Shown: positions 1-10,286, counted from the stretch's first letter. The stretch: 64,000 bases of DNA from Longimicrobiales bacterium (GCA_965116905.1 OZ220732.1:3360001-3424000), one strand, 5' to 3'. Notes: generated by a model from the letters alone, not told the origin. Numbers and translations are program-made.

Positions 1-36
1 TGAAGAACGTGGGAGCGGCGCGGCCGGCCAGAGTCT

Positions 37-1314
37 CTAGAGTCTCTCCAGAGCCACGGCAATGAGTTCGTCGTTGGACCGTGTCTGACGCATGACCCGC
101 AGGAGCTCGTCCATCGCTTCCGCGGGATGCGAGGACGAAAGCTGGCGCCGCATGGCCCGCGACAGCCTGAGCGCCTCCGGCGAAAGCAGCAGCTCCTCCT
201 TCCGCGTCGCGGAGGCCCGCAGATCGATGGCCGGGAAGATGCGGCGGTCGGCGATTTCGCGGCTGAGCACCAGCTCACTGTTCCCCGTACCCTTGAACTC
301 CTCGAAGATCACCTGGTCCATGCGCGACCCCGTGTCGACCAGGGCGGTGGCAATGATCGTAAGCGATCCGCCCCCCTGATCCTCCTTGATCAGCCGTGCG
401 CTCCCGAGGAACCGCTTGGGCTTCTCGAGCGAGTTCGCGTCCAGTCCACCCGAGAGCGTGCGCCCGCTCCCCTCCTCGACCGTGTTGTGGGCACGCGCCA
501 GGCGCGTGATGGAGTCGAGTATGATGACCACGTCGTGGCCCGCCTCGACCCGCCGGCGGGCACGCGCAAGCGTCATCTCGGCGACCTGGCAGTGGCGCTC
601 GGCGGTGAGATCGAATGTCGAAGCGATGACCTCGCCGAAGCCGCACATCTCCATCTCGGTGACTTCCTCGGGCCGCTCGTCGACCAGCAGGATCATGAGC
701 TCGCACTCCGGGTGGTTATTCACGACACCCTCGGCCACGGCCTGCAGGATCGTGGTCTTCCCCGCCTTTGCGGGGGCCACGATCATTGCGCGTTGTCCTT
801 TGCCCAGCGGGCAGAAGAGGTCGATGATCCGATTGGTCATGTCCGGCTCTCCGGCGTGCACGCGGTCGCACTCCAATCGGAGTTGGTCTCGCGGGTGCAT
901 CGCGCTGAGCCGGTTGAAATCGGGCCGGCCGGTGGCGGTGTCCGGCGCCTGTCCGTTGACCTGGTCCAGGTAACGGAGCGGCGGACTCTTTCCGTTGCGG
1001 GGGCGACGTCCGACGATCCCGGCCAGTTGGTCGCCCGTACGGAGGCCGAACCTGTGGATCAGGCGGGATCCCACATAGATGTCGTTCTTGCCGGGGATGT
1101 ATCCGTCGTCGGGCCTGCGAATGAAGCCCGACCCGCTCGGGAGTACTTCGAGCACCCCGAGAACCTCGCCGGATTCTCTGTTCTCGTCGTTGACCTGCAC
1201 TTCGTCTTCCTCCTGGGGACGCCACCCTCGCCTGCGGCGCCCGCGCCCTCTTCCCCGTCGACCTCTCCGGGGCTGTCTGTTTTCTCGGGATTCTGTGGGG
1301 GCTTGTTCGGTCAC
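37..1314 (-). CDS. rho: Transcription termination factor Rho (Arg-rich N-terminus)
   Basis: GVLEV..GSGFIR RNA-binding motif, P-loop APAKAGKT, DERPEEVT, DSITRLARAHN, FEEFKGTGNSE. GTG start at 1314 chosen (alternative 1323). Confidence 0.93.
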   Translation of the reverse strand: MTEQAPTESRENRQPRRGRRGRGRGRRRRGWRPQEEDEVQVNDENRESGEVLGVLEVLPSGSGFIRRPDDGYIPGKNDIYVGSRLIHRFGLRTGDQLAGIVGRRPRNGKSPPLRYLDQVNGQAPDTATGRPDFNRLSAMHPRDQLRLECDRVHAGEPDMTNRIIDLFCPLGKGQRAMIVAPAKAGKTTILQAVAEGVVNNHPECELMILLVDERPEEVTEMEMCGFGEVIASTFDLTAERHCQVAEMTLARARRRVEAGHDVVIILDSITRLARAHNTVEEGSGRTLSGGLDANSLEKPKRFLGSARLIKEDQGGGSLTIIATALVDTGSRMDQVIFEEFKGTGNSELVLSREIADRRIFPAIDLRASATRKEELLLSPEALRLSRAMRRQLSSSHPAEAMDELLRVMRQTRSNDELIAVALERL

Positions 1315-1578
1315 GGTTGTCACGCCTTGCAGAGAGTAGGACTCTGTTCGTGCGGGCCGCGCACCCGGCGTCGTGCGGAGCGCGAACCCGGTCTTGAGCG
1401 AGGTGTGGTCCCGCCGTTTGCAAGGGCTGCGGACCCGGTCGAACCATGCCCGTCCCCCAAGGGGGCAGTTCCGGGAAACACCACGGGCCTTGAGTGGGGG
1501 CAGGAACTGCGGGTCCCAAAAAACACCCCGTGCGGGCACTCCTTCGTCTCGATGCCGAGCACGGTGTCGATGTAATCA

Positions 1579-1606
1579 AGATTGACCAGGGGGGCGTGCT
1601 TGGCAA
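1579..1606 (-). promoter_or_regulatory. Putative sigma70 promoter upstream of the rho leader
   Basis: TTGCCA-16 nt-CAATCT on the minus strand. Confidence 0.35.
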
Positions 1607-1704
1607 GGGTCCCTCCCGGAACGGGCGCCCGGACCGCGGTCGCACGATGCCCACTTGCGGATGGAAACCGAAGCGTCAACACTTGGACGAGGCCAGTCGT
1701 GACC

Positions 1705-1965
1705 ATGCCCATTCACGCATCCCGGCAGGCGCATCGGACGGGAAGCGGCGGCCGCGCACCGGCAGCAGCGAGGAGAACCTTGACCCGGTCTTCCAGCACG
1801 CAACGAGCAGGCTCCAAAACGCAGCGAGCCTCGTCCGGCGCACCAGGAGCGTCTTCCAGCGCGCGGCGCGCCTTCACGAGTACCGTGGGCAAGCTCGTCC
1901 TTACCGCTGCGCCCCTACTCGCCTTCCTGGGGTTGCTGCTGGTGCACCGGTGGCTGTTCGCATGA
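1705..1965 (+). CDS. Small hypothetical protein with a C-terminal transmembrane helix
   Basis: ORF ends in hydrophobic KLVLTAAPLLAFLGLLLVHRWLFA. ATG at 1705 is tentative. Confidence 0.4.
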   Translation: MPIHASRQAHRTGSGGRAPAAARRTLTRSSSTQRAGSKTQRASSGAPGASSSARRAFTSTVGKLVLTAAPLLAFLGLLLVHRWLFA

Positions 1966-2139
1966 CGTCTGTCCACCGGGAGTGTCGGACGGTGTCCTCA
2001 GACCCGGACAGGCGCAGGCGGACCGGTATCTCCGCCTGCCGTCAACCCTTGCCGGGACAAGGAGTTAGTCCGATCTTTCGTTTTGGCATGATCGATGCGT
2101 GTCGTTAGCCGCGATTCCCTCTTACGCGGAGGCCGAAAT

Positions 2140-3477
2140 ATGAAGCACGCAAGAGCGATACTCGTGGCGGCGGCGATGCTTGCGGGGCCGGCCTCGGCCG
2201 GTGCTCAGGTGACCAATCACGTTTCCTGGCAAATGGGTCTGGCTGCGGGCGGCTATCCGTCCTGGACCGTCCCCGGAGTCGGGCTCGGTTACGAGCCGTT
2301 CGGCCTGCGCCGGGGGATCGGGTTCGGATTCGGGTTGGGTGTGTCGTTCGGCATTGGCTTCGGATGGTCGGACGACTATTGGGGCGGATACCGACACGGA
2401 TTCCTCGGGGGCTCCCACTGCTGGGATGCCTACTACGATCCATTCCTCTACGATCCGTACTTCGATTGCTGGGGCGTCGGTCCACTCGGTTACAGCCCAT
2501 TCGGATGGTACGGGTGGGACACCCCCTGGTTGAGGCCCTTCGGATTTCTCGGTTGGCCGTCCCGCCGTTATGTCGCCCGGCACTACTACGGGTGGGCGCC
2601 GGGTTGGACCTACGGGTGGGGACCGAGCTGGTCCTATGCGTGGGCGCCGAGTTGGTCGCACTACCCATACGGGTTGTACGGGGGACGGTCCTGGGGATAC
2701 GGAAACTGGGACGACGACTGGCGGTACCGATCCCGTGTCCGCTACGCGAACGATGGCTACGGTGGCCGGTCGCCCCTCTTCGGCCCTCAATTCAAGGAGC
2801 CACCGGTGTACGTGACCGACAACGGTCCGGAGCGCCCGGTGGCCACCCTGAGGCCACGAGGACCCAATGCAACCCTGGACGATATCGACTCCCGGCGCGG
2901 CCGCAGCCGCCTTGGGGACGGGGCAGCCCAATTGCGGGGCAACACGGGGGTGCGCACGGCGCGTCCGCGCAACCAGCCGGGAGCCAGGACGGCGACCCCG
3001 AGGCCATCGACGCGCGGCGCGCCCACCGCGACCAGACGACCCTCACCGCTCCGCGGCACGCCGCCGAAGGTGACCAGGCGTCCGGAAGCCGTGACCACCC
3101 GCCAGCCCACCCGGCGACCGACGCCGCAGACGCGCTCCGCGCCGACGCGGCGGCCACAGCCTTCCGTGCGGACGCCGGCTCCCCGCCGCACGCCGACCAC
3201 GGTGCGCACGTCGCCTCCGAAGCGTCCGCCAGCGGTCCGGACCGCGCCCCGGCGGCCCGCGGTCAGGTCGACCGCGCCTCGCCGCTCGCCGCCGAAGGTA
3301 CGGTCCTCGGCGCCGCGGCGATCGCCGCCCAAGGCTCGTCCGGCACCACGGCGCGCACCGCCCAAGGCCCGTCCAGCGCCACGGCGCGCACCGCCCAAGG
3401 CCCGTCCGGCGCCCAAGCGCCCCCCCTCGAGGGCGCCCGCCAAGCGAAGCGCGCCGCCGCGGCGGCGCGGAGGATGA
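2140..3477 (+). CDS. Secreted low-complexity protein: W/Y/G-rich domain plus long Arg/Pro-rich tail
   Basis: GGAGG RBS, signal peptide MKHARAILVAAAMLAGPASAGAQ, GWAP/GWGP-type aromatic repeats, PPKARPAPRRA 33-bp repeats (~3325-3414). Confidence 0.75.
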   Translation: MKHARAILVAAAMLAGPASAGAQVTNHVSWQMGLAAGGYPSWTVPGVGLGYEPFGLRRGIGFGFGLGVSFGIGFGWSDDYWGGYRHGFLGGSHCWDAYYDPFLYDPYFDCWGVGPLGYSPFGWYGWDTPWLRPFGFLGWPSRRYVARHYYGWAPGWTYGWGPSWSYAWAPSWSHYPYGLYGGRSWGYGNWDDDWRYRSRVRYANDGYGGRSPLFGPQFKEPPVYVTDNGPERPVATLRPRGPNATLDDIDSRRGRSRLGDGAAQLRGNTGVRTARPRNQPGARTATPRPSTRGAPTATRRPSPLRGTPPKVTRRPEAVTTRQPTRRPTPQTRSAPTRRPQPSVRTPAPRRTPTTVRTSPPKRPPAVRTAPRRPAVRSTAPRRSPPKVRSSAPRRSPPKARPAPRRAPPKARPAPRRAPPKARPAPKRPPSRAPAKRSAPPRRRGG

Positions 3478-3495
3478 CGGGTCCGGGGCCGCGGG

Positions 3496-4722
3496 TCAGG
3501 AGATCGGCTCGCCGTTCTTGACCAGCGACCGAAGCGGACTGGTTCCCACCCAATAGCACAACTCCGCCACGTCGCGAACATCCCACAGGGCAAAGTCGGC
3601 GCGCATCCCGGGCCGCAGAACGCCCCGGTCGTGCTCCAGCGCCAGGACCTTCGCCGCGGCGGCGGTCAGTCCCAGCAGGGTCTCCTCCGGGGTGAGTCCG
3701 AAGAGGATGCACGCGAGGTTCATGACCGCGCCCACATGGGTGATCGGTGAGGAACCGGGGTTGGCATCCGTGGCGATGGCCATCGTCACGCCGCTTCGCC
3801 GCAGGGCGGTGACGGGCGGCCTGCGGTCCGCCCCCAGAGTGTAGGCCGCGCCGGGAAGGAGGACCGCGCACACATCCGCCTCGGCCATGGCGGCGACGCC
3901 CTGAGGGGAAAGGTACTCCAGGTGGTCGGCGGAGCGGGCGCCCACGGCAGCGGCCAGTGCGCCTCCGCCGAGGTCGGCGAGCTGGTCGGCGTGGAGACGC
4001 CCGTGCAGCCCCGCCCGGGTCCCGGCTTCCAGGATGCGGCGGCTTTCCGAGGGCGTGAAAGCGATGTCCTCGCAGAAGACGTCGATGGCCGTGGCGTGAC
4101 CCTGTTCCAGCGCGGCGGGCAGGATGCGGTCCAGGACCAGGTGGACGTAGTCTTCGCGGCGCCCGGCGTATTCGGGCGGGAGCGCGTGCGCGGCGAGCAG
4201 CGTGGGCGAGATGTCCGCGGGGAGGTGGCCGGAGAGTCCGGCGGCGACATCGAGCATGCGAAGCTCGGTGTCCGGATCCAGTCCGTAGCCTGACTTGACC
4301 TCGATGGTGGTGACGCCCCAGGAGCAGAGTTCACGGCCCCTGGCGACGGCGCCGGCGGTCAGTGCGTCGTGTGTGGCCGCGCGGGTGGCGCGCACCGTCG
4401 ACATGATGCCGCCGCCCGCTCTGGCGATCTCGGCGTAGGACTCGCCCCGCAGCCGACGCCGGAAGTCGTCGGTTCGGTCCCCGCCGAAGACGATGTGGGT
4501 GTGGCAGTCGATGAGACCCGGGGTGAGCCAGGCGCCGTGGCAGCTGACGACGTCCCGGGCCATCTGCGCGTGGCCGGCCGGAAGTTCAGCCTCCCGTCCG
4601 AGCCAGGCGATCCGCCCGCCGGTGGCCGCAATGGCGCCGTCCTCGATCAGTCCCAGCGAGGCATCGGTCATGGTTGCAAGGTTGACGCCGGTCCAGAGTC
4701 GGTCCCAGGGCTTGGCGGGCAT
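3496..4722 (-). CDS. hutI: Imidazolonepropionase
   Basis: TPGLIDCHTH, GVTTIEVKSGYG, HADQL, SADHLE, ATDANPGSSP motifs. Confidence 0.95.
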   Translation of the reverse strand: MPAKPWDRLWTGVNLATMTDASLGLIEDGAIAATGGRIAWLGREAELPAGHAQMARDVVSCHGAWLTPGLIDCHTHIVFGGDRTDDFRRRLRGESYAEIARAGGGIMSTVRATRAATHDALTAGAVARGRELCSWGVTTIEVKSGYGLDPDTELRMLDVAAGLSGHLPADISPTLLAAHALPPEYAGRREDYVHLVLDRILPAALEQGHATAIDVFCEDIAFTPSESRRILEAGTRAGLHGRLHADQLADLGGGALAAAVGARSADHLEYLSPQGVAAMAEADVCAVLLPGAAYTLGADRRPPVTALRRSGVTMAIATDANPGSSPITHVGAVMNLACILFGLTPEETLLGLTAAAAKVLALEHDRGVLRPGMRADFALWDVRDVAELCYWVGTSPLRSLVKNGEPIS

Positions 4723-4829
4723 GTGGCGGCGGTCCGGTGACGGAGGCTTAGATTGAGCGTCTGGCGCGGCATTGTCGCATGGCCGCGCGCCGTTTCGCAA
4801 CGCAGTCGACCGATCAGCCGAGGAGCACG

Positions 4830-6293
4830 GTGGCCGAGAACACGCTGAACGCAAACTCCGGATACCGCGCCTACCGGTTCGATCGGGTCCTGGTCGGGGA
4901 CGGCTGGCGACGCGATGTCGAGGTCCGGGTGGATGGGGTCGGCCGGATCGCCGAGGTGAGGGCGGGTGTCGAGGAGTCCCGCGGCGAACGGGTGTCGGGG
5001 TGGGCCGTGCCCGGGGTGCCGAACGTACACGGTCACTCGTTTCAGCGCGCCCTGGCCGGGCTCGCGGAGGGACCGGGGCCCGATTCGTTCTGGGGCTGGC
5101 GGGATGCGATGTACTCCTTCCTCGAACGGCTGACGCCCGACGACCTGGAGGCGATCACGACCCACCTCTACGTCGAGCTTCTGAAGGCCGGCTTCACGTG
5201 CGTCGGCGAATTCCACTACCTCCACCGCCCGCCCGGGGGTGGCGCGTACGACGATCCCGCCGAGATGAGCCGGCGCATCCTGGCCGCGGCGCGGACATCG
5301 GGGCTGTGCCTGGTGCACATGCCGGCCGTCTACGAGTCGGGCGGCTTCGGCGGACAGCCGCTCGCGGGCGGTCAGGAGCGATTCCGCATGGACCTGGCGG
5401 GCGCGGTGCGGTTGCACGAGATGTTGGGAAGCGAGGCTCGGGGATCGTCGGTCTCCCTGGGGTGGGCGCTGCACAGCCTGAGGGCGGTGTCGCCCGGGTC
5501 GTTTCGGGAGTTGGCGGCGCTGCTGGCCGGCGATGCGGAAGACGGCGCCCCGCCCGTGCACGTTCACGTGGCCGAACAGCGGCGGGAGGTGCGCGAGTGC
5601 ATCGCCGACCGGGGCGCGCGCCCGGTGGAGTGGCTTCTCGATCACGCGGCCGTCGACGAACGGTGGTGCCTGATCCACGCCACCCACACGACCGAGGCGG
5701 AGCTGGACGGCGTCGCGCGTCGGGGTGCGGTCGTGGGGCTGTGCCCGACCACCGAGGCGAACCTGGGTGACGGGCTGTTTCCTCTGCGCGCCTTCGCGGC
5801 CCGGGGCGGGAGCTTCGCCATCGGCACGGACAGCCACGTGTCGCGCAGCCCGGTCGAGGAACTGCGCCTGCTGGACTACGGACAGCGGCTTCGGTCGGAG
5901 GGCCGTACCGTGTTGGGCGGTGCCGGCGAGGGGGGACCTGGCGGCGAGCCCGGGGATGACGCCACACGGGCGGTCGGAGCCCTGTCCGGGGCGGGCGGCA
6001 CGCTCCTGCGCCACGCCTGGCGGGGCGGATCGCAGGCGCTGGGCGTGGACTGCGGAAGCATCGAGCCCGGGATGCGGGCGGATCTGGCGGTCCTGGACGC
6101 GGACCACCCGGCGCTGGTCGGGCGCCGCGGCCACGCCGTGCTCGATTCGTGGATCTTCTCCGGCACCGACAACCCGGTGCGCGACGTGATGGTCGGCGGA
6201 GAGTGGGTGGTGAGGGATGGCCGTCACCCGCGCGAGGAGGCGGTGCGGCGCGCGTATGCCCGGGCCGTGGAGGGTCTGGCACGCCGCAGATAG
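4830..6293 (+). CDS. hutF: Formimidoylglutamate deiminase
   Basis: PNVHGHSFQRALAG, GEFHYLH, HSLRAV, HVHVAEQ, CPTTEANLGDG, GTDSH. GAGGAG RBS before GTG. Confidence 0.93.
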   Translation: MAENTLNANSGYRAYRFDRVLVGDGWRRDVEVRVDGVGRIAEVRAGVEESRGERVSGWAVPGVPNVHGHSFQRALAGLAEGPGPDSFWGWRDAMYSFLERLTPDDLEAITTHLYVELLKAGFTCVGEFHYLHRPPGGGAYDDPAEMSRRILAAARTSGLCLVHMPAVYESGGFGGQPLAGGQERFRMDLAGAVRLHEMLGSEARGSSVSLGWALHSLRAVSPGSFRELAALLAGDAEDGAPPVHVHVAEQRREVRECIADRGARPVEWLLDHAAVDERWCLIHATHTTEAELDGVARRGAVVGLCPTTEANLGDGLFPLRAFAARGGSFAIGTDSHVSRSPVEELRLLDYGQRLRSEGRTVLGGAGEGGPGGEPGDDATRAVGALSGAGGTLLRHAWRGGSQALGVDCGSIEPGMRADLAVLDADHPALVGRRGHAVLDSWIFSGTDNPVRDVMVGGEWVVRDGRHPREEAVRRAYARAVEGLARRR

Positions 6294-6359
6294 ACCCGCC
6301 CTTGCACGGAAAGCGGCGGCGGGAACGCGCGCCGCACCGCGCCCGCGACGTCCGCCGCC

Positions 6360-8021
6360 CTACGGCATCGGGATCCGGACGCCCTTGTCGCGCGCGGTCG
6401 CGATGGCTGCCTCGTACCCCGCGTCGGCGTGTCTGGCCACGCCGAGCCCCGGGTCGTTGGTCAGCACCCGCTCGATCCGGGTCCGCATCTCGGGGGTGCC
6501 GTCGGCCACCAGCACCTGTCCCGCGTGCAGCGAGTCCCCGATGCCCACGCCGCCACCGTGGTGGAACGACACCCAGCTCGCGCCGGACGCCGTGTTGAGA
6601 AGCGCATTCAGGACCGGCCAGTCCGCCACGGCGTCGGTGCCGTCCTTCATCGCCTCGGTTTCGCGGTAGGGCGACGCGACCGAGCCCGTGTCGAGGTGAT
6701 CGCGTCCGATCACGATGGGGGCACTGATCTCGCCGCTGGCGACCAGATCGTTCATGGCGACGCCGAACGCCGCCCTCTCCCCCTGCCCCAGCCAGCAGAT
6801 CCGCGACGGCAGCCCCTGGAACGCCACCTGCTCGCGCGCCAGGCGGATCCAGCGGCAGAGATGCTCGTCGCCGGGGAACATTTCCAGCACGAGGTCGTCG
6901 GTCCGGTGGATGTCGGCAGGGTCACCCGAAAGCGCCACCCACCGAAAGGGCCCCTTGCCGAGGCAGAACAGCGGGCGCACATACGCGGGCACGAAGCCCG
7001 GGTAGGCGAAGGCGTCCTCGAAGCCCGCTTCCCGCGCGTAGCCGCGGAGGTTGTTGCCGTAGTCGACCGCCACGGCGCCTCGCGCGGCCATCTCCACGAT
7101 GGCTTCGCAGTGTTGGCGGATCGATGCCATCGCGTGCTGCCGGTATTCGGCTCGATCGCGATTCCGCAAGACGGCGGCCTCATCGATCGAGAAACCGCAA
7201 GGCACGTACCCATCCACCGGATCGTGGGCCGAGGTCTGGTCGGTCACGATGTCGGGCGTCACGCCGCGCCGGACCAGCTCCGGGAGCACGTCGGCGCAGT
7301 TGCGGACCAGCCCCACCGACAGCGCCTCCCCGGCCCCCGCCGCCTCCTGCGCCCAGCCGACCGCCTCGTCGAGATCGTGCGTCATGCGGTCGCAGTAGCG
7401 GGTCTCGATCCGGCGGCGGATGCGCTCGGGGTCCACCTCGACGACGAGGACCGCGGCCCCGTTCATCGTGCCCGCGAGCGGTTGGGCGCCCCCCATGCCC
7501 CCCATGCCCCCCGTGAGGATCCACCGCCCCGCCAGGGTCCCGCCGAAGTGGGTCCGCGCGATGGCGCCGAAGGTCTCGTAGGTGCCCTGCAGGATGCCCT
7601 GCGTACCGATGTAGATCCACGAGCCCGCGGTCATCTGGCCGTACATCATGAGCCCCTTGCGCTCCAGCTCATGAAAGTGCTCCCAGGTGGCCCAGCGGCC
7701 GACCAGGTTCGAATTGGCGATCAGCACGCGGGGGGCGTGGGCGTGGGTGCGGAAGACGCCGACGGGCTTGCCGGACTGCACCAGCAGGGTCTCGTCGTTC
7801 TCGAGCGCCCGAAGAGCCGCAACGATGGCGTCGAAGGCCGCCCAGTTCCGCGCGGCCCGCCCGGTGCCCCCGTAGACCACCAGGTCCTCCGGCTTCTCGG
7901 CCACCTCGGGATCCAGGTTGTTCATGAGCATCCGCAGCGCCGCCTCCTGGGTCCACCCCTTGCAGGTGAGCGTCCCGCCGCGGGGAGCCCGGATCGTGCG
8001 CGTCCGGCCGATGATCGTCAT
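6360..8021 (-). CDS. hutU: Urocanate hydratase
   Basis: [59 protein letters not shown]. Confidence 0.97.
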   Translation of the reverse strand: MTIIGRTRTIRAPRGGTLTCKGWTQEAALRMLMNNLDPEVAEKPEDLVVYGGTGRAARNWAAFDAIVAALRALENDETLLVQSGKPVGVFRTHAHAPRVLIANSNLVGRWATWEHFHELERKGLMMYGQMTAGSWIYIGTQGILQGTYETFGAIARTHFGGTLAGRWILTGGMGGMGGAQPLAGTMNGAAVLVVEVDPERIRRRIETRYCDRMTHDLDEAVGWAQEAAGAGEALSVGLVRNCADVLPELVRRGVTPDIVTDQTSAHDPVDGYVPCGFSIDEAAVLRNRDRAEYRQHAMASIRQHCEAIVEMAARGAVAVDYGNNLRGYAREAGFEDAFAYPGFVPAYVRPLFCLGKGPFRWVALSGDPADIHRTDDLVLEMFPGDEHLCRWIRLAREQVAFQGLPSRICWLGQGERAAFGVAMNDLVASGEISAPIVIGRDHLDTGSVASPYRETEAMKDGTDAVADWPVLNALLNTASGASWVSFHHGGGVGIGDSLHAGQVLVADGTPEMRTRIERVLTNDPGLGVARHADAGYEAAIATARDKGVRIPMP

Positions 8022-9586
8022 TGCAGTTCTCCCGTGCGAACCAGTGCCGCGAGCGCCTCCAGATCGTTACCGAGGGGTCTGTCCTCCGTCAGACGCGGGA
8101 CGTGGTTGCGCACGCTCGCCAGTGCGCGTTCCACGCCGACCCCCGCGCGCAGCGGACGGTGGAACTCCACCGCCTGAGCGGCGCACAGGAACTCGGCCGC
8201 AAGCACGATTTCGAGCAGCTCGACGCTCCGCCGCACCTTTCTGGCGGCGGCCATCCCCATGGAGACATGGTCCTCCTGGGCAGCGCTCGTCGACACGGAG
8301 TCGATACTCGCGGGCGTCGCGAGGACGCGCATTTCGGACAGGGCGTCGGCGGCGGTGACCTGCGCGATCATCAGGCCTGACCGGATGCCGGGCCGCGTCG
8401 TAAGGAAGGCCGGGAGCGCGGAGAGGTCGGGATTGAGCAGGCGGTCGATCCGCCGCTCGCAGATCGACGCCATGTCGGCAGCGGCGATGGCAACCAGGTC
8501 CAGGCACTGGGCAACGATTTGCGCGTGGAAGTTGCCGCCGCTGAGCACCACGCCGGGCGCGGCCTCGCCGGGGACGGGTTCGCCGGGGCCGTGCTCGCCG
8601 AGGGGCGCTTGCGGCCGGTCCCCGACAGCCTCGCCCGGCAGGACGAGCGGGTTGTCCGTGGTCGAATTCGCCTCGGTGCTCAGGATGCGGTGCGCATAGC
8701 CGCACGCCTCCCTCGCGGCCCCGTGTACCTGCGGCATGCAGCGCAGCGAGTACGCGTCCTGCACGCGCGGGTCGCCGGTGCGATGCGACTCCCGGATCCC
8801 GGAGCCGTGGAGCAGCGCCCACAGCCGCCGGGCGGTCGCGATCTGGCCCGGGTGCGGACGGGCGGCGTGGATCTCGGGACGGAACGGATCGGGCGTCCCC
8901 CTGAGCCCCTCCAGCGACATGGCTCCCGCGACGTCGGCCGCGTCGAGAGCTCGCTCGAAGCGCCGTAGCGCGAGGGCCCCGATTCCGGTCGTGGCCTGCG
9001 TGCCGTTGATCAGCGCCACCGCCTCCTTCTCGGACAGATCGAGCGGCTCGATGCCGACGGCGCGCAGCATCTCGGTGGCGTCTCCCAATTCGCCGTCCCG
9101 CTCGGCCCGGCCCTCCCCCGTCAGGGCAAGCGCCACGTGCGACAGGGGCGCCAGGTCCCCGCTGGCGCCGACCGAACCGATCTCCGGAACCTCCGGATGG
9201 ACCCCGTGATTGAGGAGATCGAGCAGCCGCTCCACGACGACGAGCCGGCAACCCGACTGGCCGCGCGCCAGCGTATTGGCACGGAGCAGCATGATCGCCC
9301 GGACCTCCGCCACCGGCAGCCGGCGGCCGACTCCGGCGGCGTGGCTGCGGACCATGTTGTGCTGAAGGGCACGCTGGTCAGCGGGGGAGATCCGCACGTC
9401 GGCGAGCCTGCCGAACCCCGTGTTCACGCCGTAGATCGGCCGGCCGCTGCCAAGAAGCTCTTCCAGGATGTCGCGCGAACGGCGTACCCGTCCGGCAGCT
9501 TCGGGGTGGAGGCGCACCGGGCGCCGATCGCACGCCACGGCCTCCAGCTCCGCCAGCGTCAGCCCCTGTCCGTCGATCGTGATCAT
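8018..9586 (-). CDS. hutH: Histidine ammonia-lyase
   Basis: [11 protein letters not shown]-forming [36 protein letters not shown]. Confidence 0.95.
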   Translation of the reverse strand: MITIDGQGLTLAELEAVACDRRPVRLHPEAAGRVRRSRDILEELLGSGRPIYGVNTGFGRLADVRISPADQRALQHNMVRSHAAGVGRRLPVAEVRAIMLLRANTLARGQSGCRLVVVERLLDLLNHGVHPEVPEIGSVGASGDLAPLSHVALALTGEGRAERDGELGDATEMLRAVGIEPLDLSEKEAVALINGTQATTGIGALALRRFERALDAADVAGAMSLEGLRGTPDPFRPEIHAARPHPGQIATARRLWALLHGSGIRESHRTGDPRVQDAYSLRCMPQVHGAAREACGYAHRILSTEANSTTDNPLVLPGEAVGDRPQAPLGEHGPGEPVPGEAAPGVVLSGGNFHAQIVAQCLDLVAIAAADMASICERRIDRLLNPDLSALPAFLTTRPGIRSGLMIAQVTAADALSEMRVLATPASIDSVSTSAAQEDHVSMGMAAARKVRRSVELLEIVLAAEFLCAAQAVEFHRPLRAGVGVERALASVRNHVPRLTEDRPLGNDLEALAALVRTGELQ

Positions 9587-10203
9587 GGGCGGTCGTCCGC
9601 GTTGTCGTGCCTTGTTCGCCGCCCGGCATCGAATTCCTCGCGGGTCAACGTGTGGCGCGCGTCCTCCCACTCCTCCTCCAGCTCGACCCCGAGGCCGTCG
9701 GCCAGACGGTTCACGTAGTTGTAGTAGCACGCTACCTGGCAGATATCGAGGACGGCACGGTCGTCGAACCCCGCATCCTTCAGCCGCTCGACATCGGCCG
9801 CGGCCATCGCTCCCGGATCCCGCGTCAGCTTGACCGCGTAGTCGAGCATCGCGGCGTCGGCCGCAGCCAGCGTGGCCGGCCGCCTCCGCCGTGCCAGCGC
9901 ACGGCCAAGATCGGCACTGCCCGTGAGTCGACGGAGTCCCGCCCCGTGGTGGTTGATTCAGTAGAAGCAGTCGTTCTCAACCGATACCGCCACCGCGATC
10001 ATCTCCCTCTGGACCCGCGACAGGGGGGACGGACCCGCCATCAGATGCCTGTACAGGTCGTAGTGGTGCTCCATTGTCGGCGGATTCAGCGAGTGGATGC
10101 GCAGAATGTTGTCCAGCCGCCCGCGGGGGTCGGAGTACCGGTCGTAGAGCGTGGCCAGCCGCTCGCCCGCGTCGCCGCGCCCCACGTATCTGATGTGTGC
10201 CAT
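9583..10203 (-). CDS. AhpD/carboxymuconolactone-decarboxylase-like peroxidase-related protein, probable selenoprotein (in-frame TGA at 9958-9960, CFYU)
   Basis: ORFs 9958-10203 and 9583-9849 are in the same frame. Reading through one TGA gives a continuous 206-aa protein (REMIAVAVSVENDCFYU-INHHG...YYNYVNRLADGLG). Confidence 0.85.
9931..9947 (-). promoter_or_regulatory. Candidate bacterial SECIS hairpin
   Basis: ACGGGG-CGGGA-CTCCGT stem-loop beginning 10 nt 3' of the in-frame TGA. Confidence 0.55.
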
Positions 10204-10286
10204 GTGTTCCGGTTTCCGTTCCCCGGTTTGCAGGTCGTGGAATCTACCCTCAGCTTGTCGGATCAGCCTACACCCGGGAGAAGACG

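Noticed and set aside
6360..9586. Ergothioneine/selenoneine catabolism (ergothionase plus thiourocanate hydratase) suggested by the adjacent selenoprotein
   Set aside because: The lyase retains the MIO-forming ASG motif and HutU, HutI and HutF look canonical, so ordinary histidine utilisation is the simpler reading.
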